Notes: generated from the letters alone by a model not told the origin. DNA of 43,570 nucleotides from Candidatus Woesebacteria bacterium RIFCSPLOWO2_01_FULL_39_10 (GCA_001793015.1 MGHC01000037.1:85877-129446), one strand, 5' to 3'. Shown: positions 19,077 through 27,939, numbered from the stretch's first letter. A program made the numbers and translations.

Positions 19077-21098
19077 TCAGGGAGTCCTGAATTTTAATTC
19101 CGTATCTTTGAGAAGGAAAAATTCATCTTTAAGCTTACCCACTTGAATTGAATATAAAGGCTTATCTGTACCCGGCTGTTTTTGTAAATAAAGTCGATAT
19201 TCACCATCTGCTTTAAAAGGTAGTTTATACTTTAAGGTTACTTTACTTATTCCCTCGGGCCGAAGACTGAAAAATCCCGCGAAGACAGTTTTTCCAAATT
19301 CTTCATATGGTTCCTCCTTATCCTCAACTCCCTCAAATTCCAAAATTTCCGATCCTTTGGGAACATAAATTCTTACCCAATTTGGAAGAACCGAATTTAA
19401 CCATCCGTCATGTTTTTGCGGATTTTTGTAAGTAATTGTAACTGTTTTTGTAACGGAGCGGTCTTTTGCAATTTCTACTTCTTGATTTACTTCTTGAGTC
19501 ACATACAAGTTTGATTTTCTACCTCCTAAATTTGCGTCGTTAATATGAAGGTAGTCTCCTTCGTATTCGTTGAGAGTTCCTGCAATTCCAAATTTTTCTA
19601 CAGCAGCTTGTGCCTTTTCATCAATCACAAAAAAAAGTACATGCTTTTCAATGAGTGACTTTATACCAGCTTCAAAAAGAGCTGGAAGCTTATCTTTCGG
19701 TTGGCCTAATGCATTTGCTAAGATTGAATTCATCAGGGGACCTATGATCTTCTTTCTATTATCGTAATTAGGTGGCGCAAAAATAATTTTTCCTGGCTCA
19801 TCCTGACTCCAAACAACTGGTCCTTCTATATCTGCAAAACTTTCAAGCTCGTAAATAACTTGCGGGCAATCACATTCTGGAGTAACTTTCGTCGAAAATT
19901 CCCCGAAGCCAGGAACCTGAATTGGACCAATTACATCTAAAATATTTACCAAAACTTGAGTGTCCACTGCAATTATCCCGTCGATGTTTCGTATGCCTAC
20001 TGTCTTTATTTCCTTATTAAATATGTTCATCGACTCGCTAAAATCAGGCGACCAATTCATATCACGAAGCCTAACCTTTTTAGAAATTAGGTAAGGACCC
20101 TTTAAATATTTTATTATTGGTTCGGGCGCTTGCACTTTCGGAGTATAACTATCATCCAAACTATATATATCACTTGATGAAACCGGTTCAAATCTCCCTT
20201 TATTAACTAAAGCCTCGGAATAAGCTGTGATGAAACCTCCTGTCGGCCTAAGCTCTTTGTCGTTTTGAAAAAGGATTAAGTATCGTCTCTCGCTATCTAC
20301 CCCTAATAGGTACGGGGCTGATTCAAGTAAAGGCTTTCCATTTTCGATAAATTGCGAGCTTGTATCCACGAGTGCTATTCCACTGCGCAATTTCTCACGA
20401 ACAGTATTACCCATAAAAGTTTCTGGATAACGATTTGGGTCAATCTGGTCGACTTCTTTCCTTAAAAGCCCAACTTTTTCCAAAAGAAGATCTGTTTTAG
20501 GAATTAAGTCGGGAATTGACTTAACAATAAAATCAATCCTATCTTGGGTCGTTTCCTCACCGCTTGTTGCTTCATTACCGTTTCCATTAAAACCAATGAT
20601 ATCTGCATAAGGTTCAATTGCCGAAATCACTATTTGTGCGGACTCAATACCAAAACCACCTGCAATAAGGGCATGTTCTCCATCCGAAACGTATACTCCA
20701 ACAAATGGTAGGTATTTAATCCACAAAAATGCTTTATAAGCGCCTTCAACGGAAGTCAAGGAAACTCGAGTATTTTCAAGTTCTTTCTTAATTTTTTCCA
20801 AATCCTGTTCTTTCGTGACAGCTATTAAACTGATAACAGAATTACGCGCAGCTTTGACCTTCGTGTACAGTCTATATCCAAGAACTCCCAGTATTAGAGA
20901 AAAAAGAAGAACTAAGGAAATTGCAATCAACACTAACTTTTTATATTTTTTAAAGTTTCCTTTCGTGGGTTTAACTTGACTCGAAGCGGGATTCGTACGT
21001 ATTTCTTCAGTAACAACTTTAATCCTCGGTATAAGAATCGATTCTTCTTTAGTTTCTAAATTTTTGTTTTGGTCTAACCTTGGAATCTCTGGTTCCAT
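19077..21098 (-). CDS. DUF4012 domain-containing membrane-anchored protein
   Basis: Single TM; YLILFQNDKELRPTGGF, RDMNWSPDF, DGIIAVD, NLGGRKSN, RIYVPKGS, QKQPG. Confidence 0.85.
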   Translation of the reverse strand: MEPEIPRLDQNKNLETKEESILIPRIKVVTEEIRTNPASSQVKPTKGNFKKYKKLVLIAISLVLLFSLILGVLGYRLYTKVKAARNSVISLIAVTKEQDLEKIKKELENTRVSLTSVEGAYKAFLWIKYLPFVGVYVSDGEHALIAGGFGIESAQIVISAIEPYADIIGFNGNGNEATSGEETTQDRIDFIVKSIPDLIPKTDLLLEKVGLLRKEVDQIDPNRYPETFMGNTVREKLRSGIALVDTSSQFIENGKPLLESAPYLLGVDSERRYLILFQNDKELRPTGGFITAYSEALVNKGRFEPVSSSDIYSLDDSYTPKVQAPEPIIKYLKGPYLISKKVRLRDMNWSPDFSESMNIFNKEIKTVGIRNIDGIIAVDTQVLVNILDVIGPIQVPGFGEFSTKVTPECDCPQVIYELESFADIEGPVVWSQDEPGKIIFAPPNYDNRKKIIGPLMNSILANALGQPKDKLPALFEAGIKSLIEKHVLFFVIDEKAQAAVEKFGIAGTLNEYEGDYLHINDANLGGRKSNLYVTQEVNQEVEIAKDRSVTKTVTITYKNPQKHDGWLNSVLPNWVRIYVPKGSEILEFEGVEDKEEPYEEFGKTVFAGFFSLRPEGISKVTLKYKLPFKADGEYRLYLQKQPGTDKPLYSIQVGKLKDEFFLLKDTELKFRTP

Positions 21099-21156
21099 GT
21101 AAATAATAATACACTAAGTTTTAGGTTTACCAAAAAAATTATTTTTAAGAAGAAGG

Positions 21157-21837
21157 TCAGACAGCACCTTTTCCCGAAATCATCGCCCAAGGAGTTTTCA
21201 AAATAATTAAAACGTCAAAAAGAAGTGACTTTTTTCTAGCATAATAGGCATCCATTTCTATCCGTTTGTCGAACTTAATATCACTTCTTCCTGTAATTTG
21301 CCAAAATCCGGTTATACCGGGTCTTACAGTCAAAACTTCTTTTATGTATTTTTCAGTTCCTGGGAATATCTTTTGCTGCTCTACCAATTCCTCCGGTAGA
21401 TACGGCCTTGGACCAACTATGCTCATCTCGCCTTTTAAAACGTTGATTAGCTGAGGAATCTCATCTATTGAATGTTTTCTCAGAAATTTTCCGACTTTTG
21501 ATATACGGGGGTCGTTTTTGGGTTTATAGTAACCTGCTGTTCTTTTTTCTATGTAAACTTGTTTAAAACGAGGGTCTGTTTTTTCAAGTTTATCCGCTTC
21601 CACCATCATTGATCTGAATTTGAATAATCTAAAAACTTTACCGCCCCTCCCAAGTCTTTTCATATGTTCATTTGTTTTTTCCACCATAACCGGCCCGGGA
21701 GATGTAATTTTAATAAGTAAAGCGGAAATAATAATTATCGGAGAAAAAACGATGAGAAGAATTATCGATCCAATTAAGTCAATTGTCCTTTTGGTAACAT
21801 CGTAAAAGGAAATCTTATTTCTCTTGCCTGAAATCAT
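21157..21837 (-). CDS. Priming phosphoglycosyl transferase (Bac_transf sugar transferase)
   Basis: KRTIDL, FKFRSM, DPRISKVGKFLRKHSIDEIPQLINVLKGEMSIVGPRP, RPGITGFWQ. Confidence 0.95.
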   Translation of the reverse strand: MISGKRNKISFYDVTKRTIDLIGSIILLIVFSPIIIISALLIKITSPGPVMVEKTNEHMKRLGRGGKVFRLFKFRSMMVEADKLEKTDPRFKQVYIEKRTAGYYKPKNDPRISKVGKFLRKHSIDEIPQLINVLKGEMSIVGPRPYLPEELVEQQKIFPGTEKYIKEVLTVRPGITGFWQITGRSDIKFDKRIEMDAYYARKKSLLFDVLIILKTPWAMISGKGAV

Positions 21838-21861
21838 ACGAGGGCAGGTTAGTATATCATA

Positions 21862-22947
21862 CTAGTCGACAAACTCTGGATTTTCTTCCTCAAGGCGCTT
21901 GAACAAATCTTTAACCTTTGCGGTATCGTCCATATTGCATACAAGTAGTGCTCCGTGGGTATCTATGACAACTACATTTTTTAAGCCAATTACTGAAACC
22001 ATCTTTTCACCTTCTCCGATAATAAGATTTCCTGAAGAGTCTATAAACATTGTCTTGACCTCTCCTTCAATAACATTTTCCTGGTTCGGTTCTATCATTG
22101 CCTTATAAAAAAGTTCCCAAGTTCCAGCGTCTTCCCATTCTGTTTCCGTTGCCATTGTCAATCTCAAATCCGTAGGCAGTTTTTCAAAAAGACCAATGTC
22201 CACAGAAACCTTTTCAAATTTGGCATACTCACTTTTAAGAACTTCTTCGAAATTTTCTTTCCCCCAAGAATCCATTATTTTAACTAATCCTTCGTAAACA
22301 CTCGGAGCATAATCTTTATAATAAGAAAGCATTAAATCAGACCTCCAGGAAGCATAACCAGTGTGAATTAAATATTTGCCGGCTTTGAAAAACTCATTAG
22401 CTTTCGCTTCATCCGGTTTTTCTATATGCCTAACTATCTTATAGACAGTAAAACCTTCCTCCTCAGAAACTTTATCGCCGAATTCAACCCATCCGTTGTG
22501 GATAGATGGATAGGTAGGCTTTTCATTTAGAGATACGGATATTCCAGTTTTTTTTGTATATTCGCAAGCTGCTTTTACTGCTTTAATAAAATCATCAACT
22601 TTCCCAATGAAATGATCGGCCCAAGAAAAAAACATAACTTCTCCTGGAAATCTTTTCTCAACAATTGCGGTAACTAATCCAATGGCTCCAAGGTTATCTC
22701 TTCTTTCGGGTTCCAAGATTATATTTTCAGGAGGTATTTCGGGAGCTTGATCTAAAATAAATTGCTTGTATCTTGCTTCTGTAGAAACTAGGATGTCTTT
22801 CGGCTCATATGCTTTTTTAAATCGTTCAAACGTGTGTTGGAAAAAGGATCTGCCTTTAACTATTGTTCTAAATTGTTTTGGATAGGATTTCGTACTCGTT
22901 GGCCACATCCTTGTACCAAAACCGCCACAAAATATTATGACCTTCAT
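21862..22947 (-). CDS. manC: Mannose-1-phosphate guanylyltransferase-like sugar nucleotidyltransferase
   Basis: GGFGTRMWP, PKQF, LEPERRDN, ADH, EKP, WEDAGTW, C-terminal beta-helix (VIDTHGALLV). Confidence 0.85.
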   Translation of the reverse strand: MKVIIFCGGFGTRMWPTSTKSYPKQFRTIVKGRSFFQHTFERFKKAYEPKDILVSTEARYKQFILDQAPEIPPENIILEPERRDNLGAIGLVTAIVEKRFPGEVMFFSWADHFIGKVDDFIKAVKAACEYTKKTGISVSLNEKPTYPSIHNGWVEFGDKVSEEEGFTVYKIVRHIEKPDEAKANEFFKAGKYLIHTGYASWRSDLMLSYYKDYAPSVYEGLVKIMDSWGKENFEEVLKSEYAKFEKVSVDIGLFEKLPTDLRLTMATETEWEDAGTWELFYKAMIEPNQENVIEGEVKTMFIDSSGNLIIGEGEKMVSVIGLKNVVVIDTHGALLVCNMDDTAKVKDLFKRLEEENPEFVD

Positions 22948-22960
22948 TGGTATAACTATA

Positions 22961-24070
22961 TTAAACTTTTCTTTTTATCAAGTCCAGAAATTCTCCTTTA
23001 AATCTTTCTTTCGAAAATCTTGATGCATTTTTTACTAAATCTCTTTTATCAAAAGACATCTTTTTTTCAAACCGCTGTATTGCATTTATAAGACTTTCTT
23101 TAGTCTGCTTTTCAAAAAATACTCCTGTCGCGAAGCGTCCTGAGCTCGTCGAAGGATCATCTATAATATCTAAAGCGCCTCCAGATTTATATGCAATTAT
23201 TGGGACGCCTGCCGACTGCGCTTCAACTGCAGTTATTCCAAAATCTTCATCCTGGGGAAAAATAAAAGCTTTCGCTCCTTGGTATAGGCTTATTAATTCT
23301 TCTTCAGATACAAGCCCTTTATACGTAATATTTTTATTAGATCTACTTTTAAGTTTAGATTCCTCACTTCCAGTACCGACAACAATCAACGGCAAACCCA
23401 GTTCATTAAAAGTCTCTACAACCAGGTTGACCTTTTTATATTTCACTAGTCTAGAAACAATTAGATAGTAGTTAAATTTTTTCTTTTCCGATTTCCTGTT
23501 TGGTTCTTCGAATTTCTTTATTTCGACTGGTGGATAGATTAATTCAGATTCTCTTCCATAATATTTTTTAATCCTTGCTTGCACAGCAGTTGATATTCCA
23601 ATCATTTCGTCTGGTCTTTGAGCGGCAATTTTATCCCAAGCTCTTAGATAGGAAACAAGCGGTCTTGTTATATCTTTAAAGGTGCCACCTTTAAAGTATT
23701 CTTTATAGTGACTCCAGAGATATCGAGTTGGTGTTAGGCAATAGCAAACGTGCAACGTAGGAGGTTTAGTGATTATTCCCTTTGCTGCTTCTGAAGTTAC
23801 TGATATAACAAGCTCATACCCAGAGAAATCAAATGTTTCAAAGGCAATAGGCATTAATGGGGCAAGTAATTCATGTTTATCGTGTGTAAATGCAATATTT
23901 TGCAAAAAGGAGGGAATTACTTTTGGAAATACTTTCGCCCACGGAGCTTTGGTTGGGTCGTAAACTGAAGTATAAAGAGGGGCTTCTGGAAAAAGTTCAT
24001 GTAAAGCTAAAAGTACTCTCTCCGCCCCTCCCCACTTATTTACTCTGTCGTATACAATCGCTGTTTTCAT
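22961..24070 (-). CDS. Glycosyltransferase family 4
   Basis: GGAERVL, YCLTPTRYLW, SRLVKYK, EDFGITAVEA. Confidence 0.93.
   Translation of the reverse strand: MKTAIVYDRVNKWGGAERVLLALHELFPEAPLYTSVYDPTKAPWAKVFPKVIPSFLQNIAFTHDKHELLAPLMPIAFETFDFSGYELVISVTSEAAKGIITKPPTLHVCYCLTPTRYLWSHYKEYFKGGTFKDITRPLVSYLRAWDKIAAQRPDEMIGISTAVQARIKKYYGRESELIYPPVEIKKFEEPNRKSEKKKFNYYLIVSRLVKYKKVNLVVETFNELGLPLIVVGTGSEESKLKSRSNKNITYKGLVSEEELISLYQGAKAFIFPQDEDFGITAVEAQSAGVPIIAYKSGGALDIIDDPSTSSGRFATGVFFEKQTKESLINAIQRFEKKMSFDKRDLVKNASRFSKERFKGEFLDLIKRKV
23137..23158 (+). repeat. 22-nt hairpin element, copy inside GT4 (encodes DPSTSSG)
   Basis: GTCCTGAGCTCGTCGAAGGATC interrupts the conserved D-I-I..G.TG segment. Confidence 0.78.
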
Positions 24071-24624
24071 TGAAAGATATCAGGAGCTTTAAGTTGTGCA
24101 AGCCTGAGAATTGCAATTGTATCTGTTGCCTTAATTTCTCCTTCACTAATTTTTTCATCAACTTTTCGCGCTGGAATCAAAACCACTTCTATATCCTCTG
24201 TCTCGTCTAAATTTTGTTCGTTTTGTATTTCAACATCTCGAACCAGAAAACCATAAGTTTTTTGAGTATCTTTAGATGGTTCTGCAAACATAAAACCCAA
24301 TAGTTCGACTTTTTTCGCGATATATCCTGTTTCTTCCTCGAGTTCCATCCGGGCTTCCTCCTCAGGAGTATTTCCTTTTCTAATTCTTCCGGCCGGGAGC
24401 TCTAAAATCACTTCCCCAGCCCCATGTTTATATTGTCTAACAAAAACCACTTCCGCCTTTTTAGTCAAAGCAACAACCATAGAAACATCTCCTAATTTAG
24501 AAATATAATAGCCATCAACAATTTTCCCATTCGGCAGTTTTACTTTGTGTTTAAAAAGAGGAAACCAATGACTTGGTGAAATATCTTCCTCTTTCAACAG
24601 CCTCCATTTCTCAATTTTTCTCAT
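24067..24624 (-). CDS. Nudix hydrolase (ADP-ribose pyrophosphatase-like) with deviant Nudix box
   Basis: VRQYKHG, ELPAG...ELEEETGY, LDETEDIEV. Confidence 0.9.
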   Translation of the reverse strand: MRKIEKWRLLKEEDISPSHWFPLFKHKVKLPNGKIVDGYYISKLGDVSMVVALTKKAEVVFVRQYKHGAGEVILELPAGRIRKGNTPEEEARMELEEETGYIAKKVELLGFMFAEPSKDTQKTYGFLVRDVEIQNEQNLDETEDIEVVLIPARKVDEKISEGEIKATDTIAILRLAQLKAPDIFQ

Positions 24625-24953
24625 TTCTCCAATTTTCTCACAACCCCCTTCACCGCATCAACTTCGACTAAATCGCCGTCTTTCAAAACTTTTGTTGCAA
24701 CTTGAGTACCGACTATACACGGTATTCCATATTCTCTCGATACAATTGCAGCATGACTGAGTGACCCTCCAAGGTCTGTAATTACCGCAGATGAAACAGC
24801 AATAAGAGGAGTGTAGGTAGGACTGGTAGCCTCGGTAACTAGCACATCACCTTTCTGGAATTTAGAAAAATCTTTAAAGTCTTTAACAACGGTAACTTTT
24901 CCACGAACTTTACCCAACGACGCTCTTAATCCTTTAATGATCTTATCTTGCAC
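24621..24953 (-). CDS. Stand-alone PEP-utiliser mobile (phospho-His swivel) domain, 110 aa
   Basis: GDVLVTEATSP, TDLGGSLSHAAIVSREYGIPCIVGT. GTG at 24953 has AAGGAG 10 nt upstream and gives MQDKIIKGLRASLG, a natural domain start. Confidence 0.85.
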   Translation of the reverse strand: MQDKIIKGLRASLGKVRGKVTVVKDFKDFSKFQKGDVLVTEATSPTYTPLIAVSSAVITDLGGSLSHAAIVSREYGIPCIVGTQVATKVLKDGDLVEVDAVKGVVRKLEK

Positions 24954-25916
24954 GTATCTTAATCTCCTTCCATGATAAATTAAATATATCCTCAGGTTTT
25001 TCAAGACCAATTTTTCCACCAAGAGAAATTAATATCTGTCTCAAATCATAATCTGCAAGGAATTCGTAAAATCGTCTATCTTCCCGAAGAGTTACATATT
25101 GTTGTGAGAATTTTATTAGGGACAAAAAGGGCTTCTTAATTTTTTCTTCTTCTATTTTCCTTATTTCTACTGCTTTCTCCATTTTAGCTTCGGGACTTTC
25201 TTCTAAATTTGAATACAACCTTAAAAGATTCTCTATAACCTCAGGTTTTTCCCTCAATGTTGGCAGGGATATATCAGCATCATCAACTCGACTCCCATAG
25301 TTCTTAATGTAGTTCTTTATTAGTATTTTTCTTTTATGACTATCTTTTTATTTGCAGCCTGCCACAATTTCATATCCGCTTCTGTGTTCTTATTCAAAAA
25401 GCCAATAAAAAGATTTCTATAATTTTTTCCTGATGAAATTAAGGGATAAAGTTTTCGAATAATAATTTCTATAAGCCAAGTATAAAGTCCGATGTAAACC
25501 AGCCTTTCTATTCCTTTCGTATACTCGTCCACCAAAGCTTCTGTACCTCTTACTAATTCATATATATTTTTACTTTCACTTTTTACTCTAAAATCTTTTA
25601 TTTTCTTAACAACTTCCAAATGTTTAGGAAGAATATAAAGGCCGTACCATCTTTTAACGCTAAGAAACTCCCATATTAAAGATGTAAACAGAGCGACAAA
25701 AAGCGACAGCGAAATACGAGCAGGTAGATTGAGAGTTAAATTTGAGATAAGAATCCAAAGCAAGGTAAAAATAATTGCAGATTTTAAAATTAGCTTTTGA
25801 AAAAGAATCGATATAAATCCTGAAACATATCTCGGAACACGCAAGCTCCACTCAAGTTGAGAAACTGGGTTGCGATACCACTCAGAGTTAAGAAATCTTA
25901 ATCTTACATTTCTCAT
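24943..25916 (-). pseudogene. Central domain of a PEP-synthase/rifampin-phosphotransferase-like dikinase with TM hairpin; 1-nt frameshift
   Basis: Adding one A to the A5 run (plus-strand T 25345-25349) joins ORFs 25320-25916 and 24943-25257 into 324 aa and restores NYGSRVDDADISLPTLREKP. Also N.E...P.S.L.WS at the N-terminus, LREDRRF and DIFNLSWKEI. Confidence 0.72.
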
Positions 25917-26818
25917 TTTCGCAGTCTTTTCACAATTCCCTTCTCCGCATCAACTTCGACTAAATCTCCACTTTTCAAGATTTTGGTTGCAGTTTGCGTT
26001 CCTACTATACAGGGAATATTCATTTCGCGAGCTAAAATCGCCGCATGGGAAAGTTTACCGCCCCAATCTGTAACCAAAGCCGAAACGTTCGGCATGTTAA
26101 CTATTAATGTAGGTGAAGTCATTTGTGTAACGAGTACGTCTCCATCTTTTAGACCCCTCAAATCTTCCGCCTTTTGAACGACTCTTGCGCGACCAACTGC
26201 CTTGCCTGAGGATGCAACAATTCCTTTTAATTTCTTCGACCTTTGTATAGGTTCTGCAAGAATAGTCTCTTTTTGGAATTTCTTATATTCCTGTAAAAGA
26301 TTTTTAAATCTTGTAACAACTCGTTCTTCGCCTCTTTTTGTTAGGGCCTGGATCATATCTTCAATAAATACAGTGTCTTTTTGAAGCCGTTCAATCCCTA
26401 GAGCGTTTTTTGTGCTAAAGGAAAGCAGTTTATGCAATTCTTCAATCGCTCCGATTGGCTTTTGAACCTTGATTTTAGTCCCATTAGGAAGTGTATACAG
26501 TTCAAATTTTCCTTCTTTTTTTTCAAATTCCTGATTCGTTGAAAGATTGATATCAAAATCATATCCAGTCTTCACTATTAACTTACGGAAATCTTCTCTA
26601 TAATTGGTACCGCGAGGTGGGTGAATTTCTATTCCTTCTTTAACTTCCCAAGGAATTTTATCTCTCGTAATCAAAATATTAAAATGCCCTTTTCGAACAT
26701 GTATATCGTAGCCTAGAAGTTTATATGCGTACCCAGCCACCAAAATCCACTGCGAACTGTTTATTCCCCATTTCTTTAATAATCTTTCCAGATCTTCTAA
26801 TACTTCTTCCAAATTCAT
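25913..26818 (-). CDS. Nucleotidyltransferase-like N-terminal domain fused to a PEP-utiliser phospho-His swivel domain
   Basis: C-terminus: LKGIVASSG, GDVLVTQMTSP, TDWGGKLSHAAILAREMNIPCIVGT (clear). N-terminus WILVAGYAYKLLG...R.GHFNILI resembles the NTase hG(G/S)..A....G...DhD signature (weaker call). Confidence 0.8.
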   Translation of the reverse strand: MNLEEVLEDLERLLKKWGINSSQWILVAGYAYKLLGYDIHVRKGHFNILITRDKIPWEVKEGIEIHPPRGTNYREDFRKLIVKTGYDFDINLSTNQEFEKKEGKFELYTLPNGTKIKVQKPIGAIEELHKLLSFSTKNALGIERLQKDTVFIEDMIQALTKRGEERVVTRFKNLLQEYKKFQKETILAEPIQRSKKLKGIVASSGKAVGRARVVQKAEDLRGLKDGDVLVTQMTSPTLIVNMPNVSALVTDWGGKLSHAAILAREMNIPCIVGTQTATKILKSGDLVEVDAEKGIVKRLRK

Positions 26819-27939
26819 ACATTTAGAACACCCTTGTAAACATTAAGTGTTTCTCTTGCCATTTTTTTCCATGAGTATCTTTTTATAAACGCTTTAGCAT
26901 TAATAACAATAGCTTTTTTTTCCTCAATTGACATTTTCATGACGGTTTTCATGACTTTAATTAAAGATTCTACAGATTTTGGGTCAAAATATAATACGTT
27001 ATCTTTATATATTTCCCTAAATACGGGAATTTCTGATGCAAGAACTAAAGCCCCGAAAGCCATTGCTTCAAGTCCTTGAAGGCCAAAACCCTCAGAAAGT
27101 GATGGGTAAACAAAAGCAATTGAATTTTTGTAGAAGGTTTGTAGATTTTCATCCGGTACGTACCCCAATATTTTTACATAACCTTGTGCCTTTTCTTTAT
27201 CAATCAAAGTCTGCAGTCTTTCTATAAATACGTTTTTAGATCCTGCGATTGCGAATATAACTTTTGAGTCACCTTCCTTATTTATACCTTTAATCGCGTT
27301 TATAACTAAATCTAAATTTTTGTGCGGGTAGGCGTTTCCCACATAGAAAAAGTATTCACCAGTCTTTAATCCAAAGTTTGACAAAACATTATCTTCGCCA
27401 CTTTTTAACACTCTACTTGAACCCTCGTAAGTCATAACTACTTTGGTTGGATCTATCTTGAAGTACTCAACTATTTCATCCTTAACGGTTCTACTTGGAG
27501 TCAGAATTACTTTCGAATTTATAATCGCGTTTCTAAAAACTAACTTATATGGGACCCTCTTGAACAAATATTTATATCTTGGGAGAGTCGTTGCCTCTGT
27601 TCCTTGGCTATGCATAGTCATATCATGGGCGGTCACAACAAAATTACCTCTGTAAAAAATAGGAACATTAATATGAGGGAAGTGAACAAGGTCTGGTTTC
27701 TCATCATTTAGTAACTTAGGAAGCTGAATTTGCTCTTCGAAAGAGTAGTAGTGAATATCCGCTTGTACCTTCTTCCAATTATTGGGAAAGTTCAATTGAT
27801 CAAAGTAGTCTTTCTTAAGCAAAACTACATAATTATTCTGGTGATCAATTTCTTTAAGGTTTTCTATTAGATTAATAATATATCTACCAATACCTGAATT
27901 TTCTAAACCATACATTCTTGCGTCAATTAATATTTTCAT
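26815..27939 (-). CDS. Glycosyltransferase family 4
   Basis: IDAR, GIGRY, TAHD, VGNAYPHKN, PSLSEGFGLQGLEAM. Confidence 0.93.
   Translation of the reverse strand: MKILIDARMYGLENSGIGRYIINLIENLKEIDHQNNYVVLLKKDYFDQLNFPNNWKKVQADIHYYSFEEQIQLPKLLNDEKPDLVHFPHINVPIFYRGNFVVTAHDMTMHSQGTEATTLPRYKYLFKRVPYKLVFRNAIINSKVILTPSRTVKDEIVEYFKIDPTKVVMTYEGSSRVLKSGEDNVLSNFGLKTGEYFFYVGNAYPHKNLDLVINAIKGINKEGDSKVIFAIAGSKNVFIERLQTLIDKEKAQGYVKILGYVPDENLQTFYKNSIAFVYPSLSEGFGLQGLEAMAFGALVLASEIPVFREIYKDNVLYFDPKSVESLIKVMKTVMKMSIEEKKAIVINAKAFIKRYSWKKMARETLNVYKGVLNV

Noticed and set aside
24954..25022. ORF-track N-terminal extension (MVEKLVLKNL...) of the free His-domain gene
   Set aside because: It overlaps the conserved DIFNLSWKEI end of the upstream gene in another frame; GTG 24953 with AAGGAG fits the domain boundary better. 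A second frameshift fusing the genes cannot be fully excluded.
24621..26818. Calling the module rifampin phosphotransferase (rph), ppsA or ppdK
   Set aside because: No ATP-grasp or pyruvate-binding barrel domain is present; only swivel and central-domain motifs are supported.
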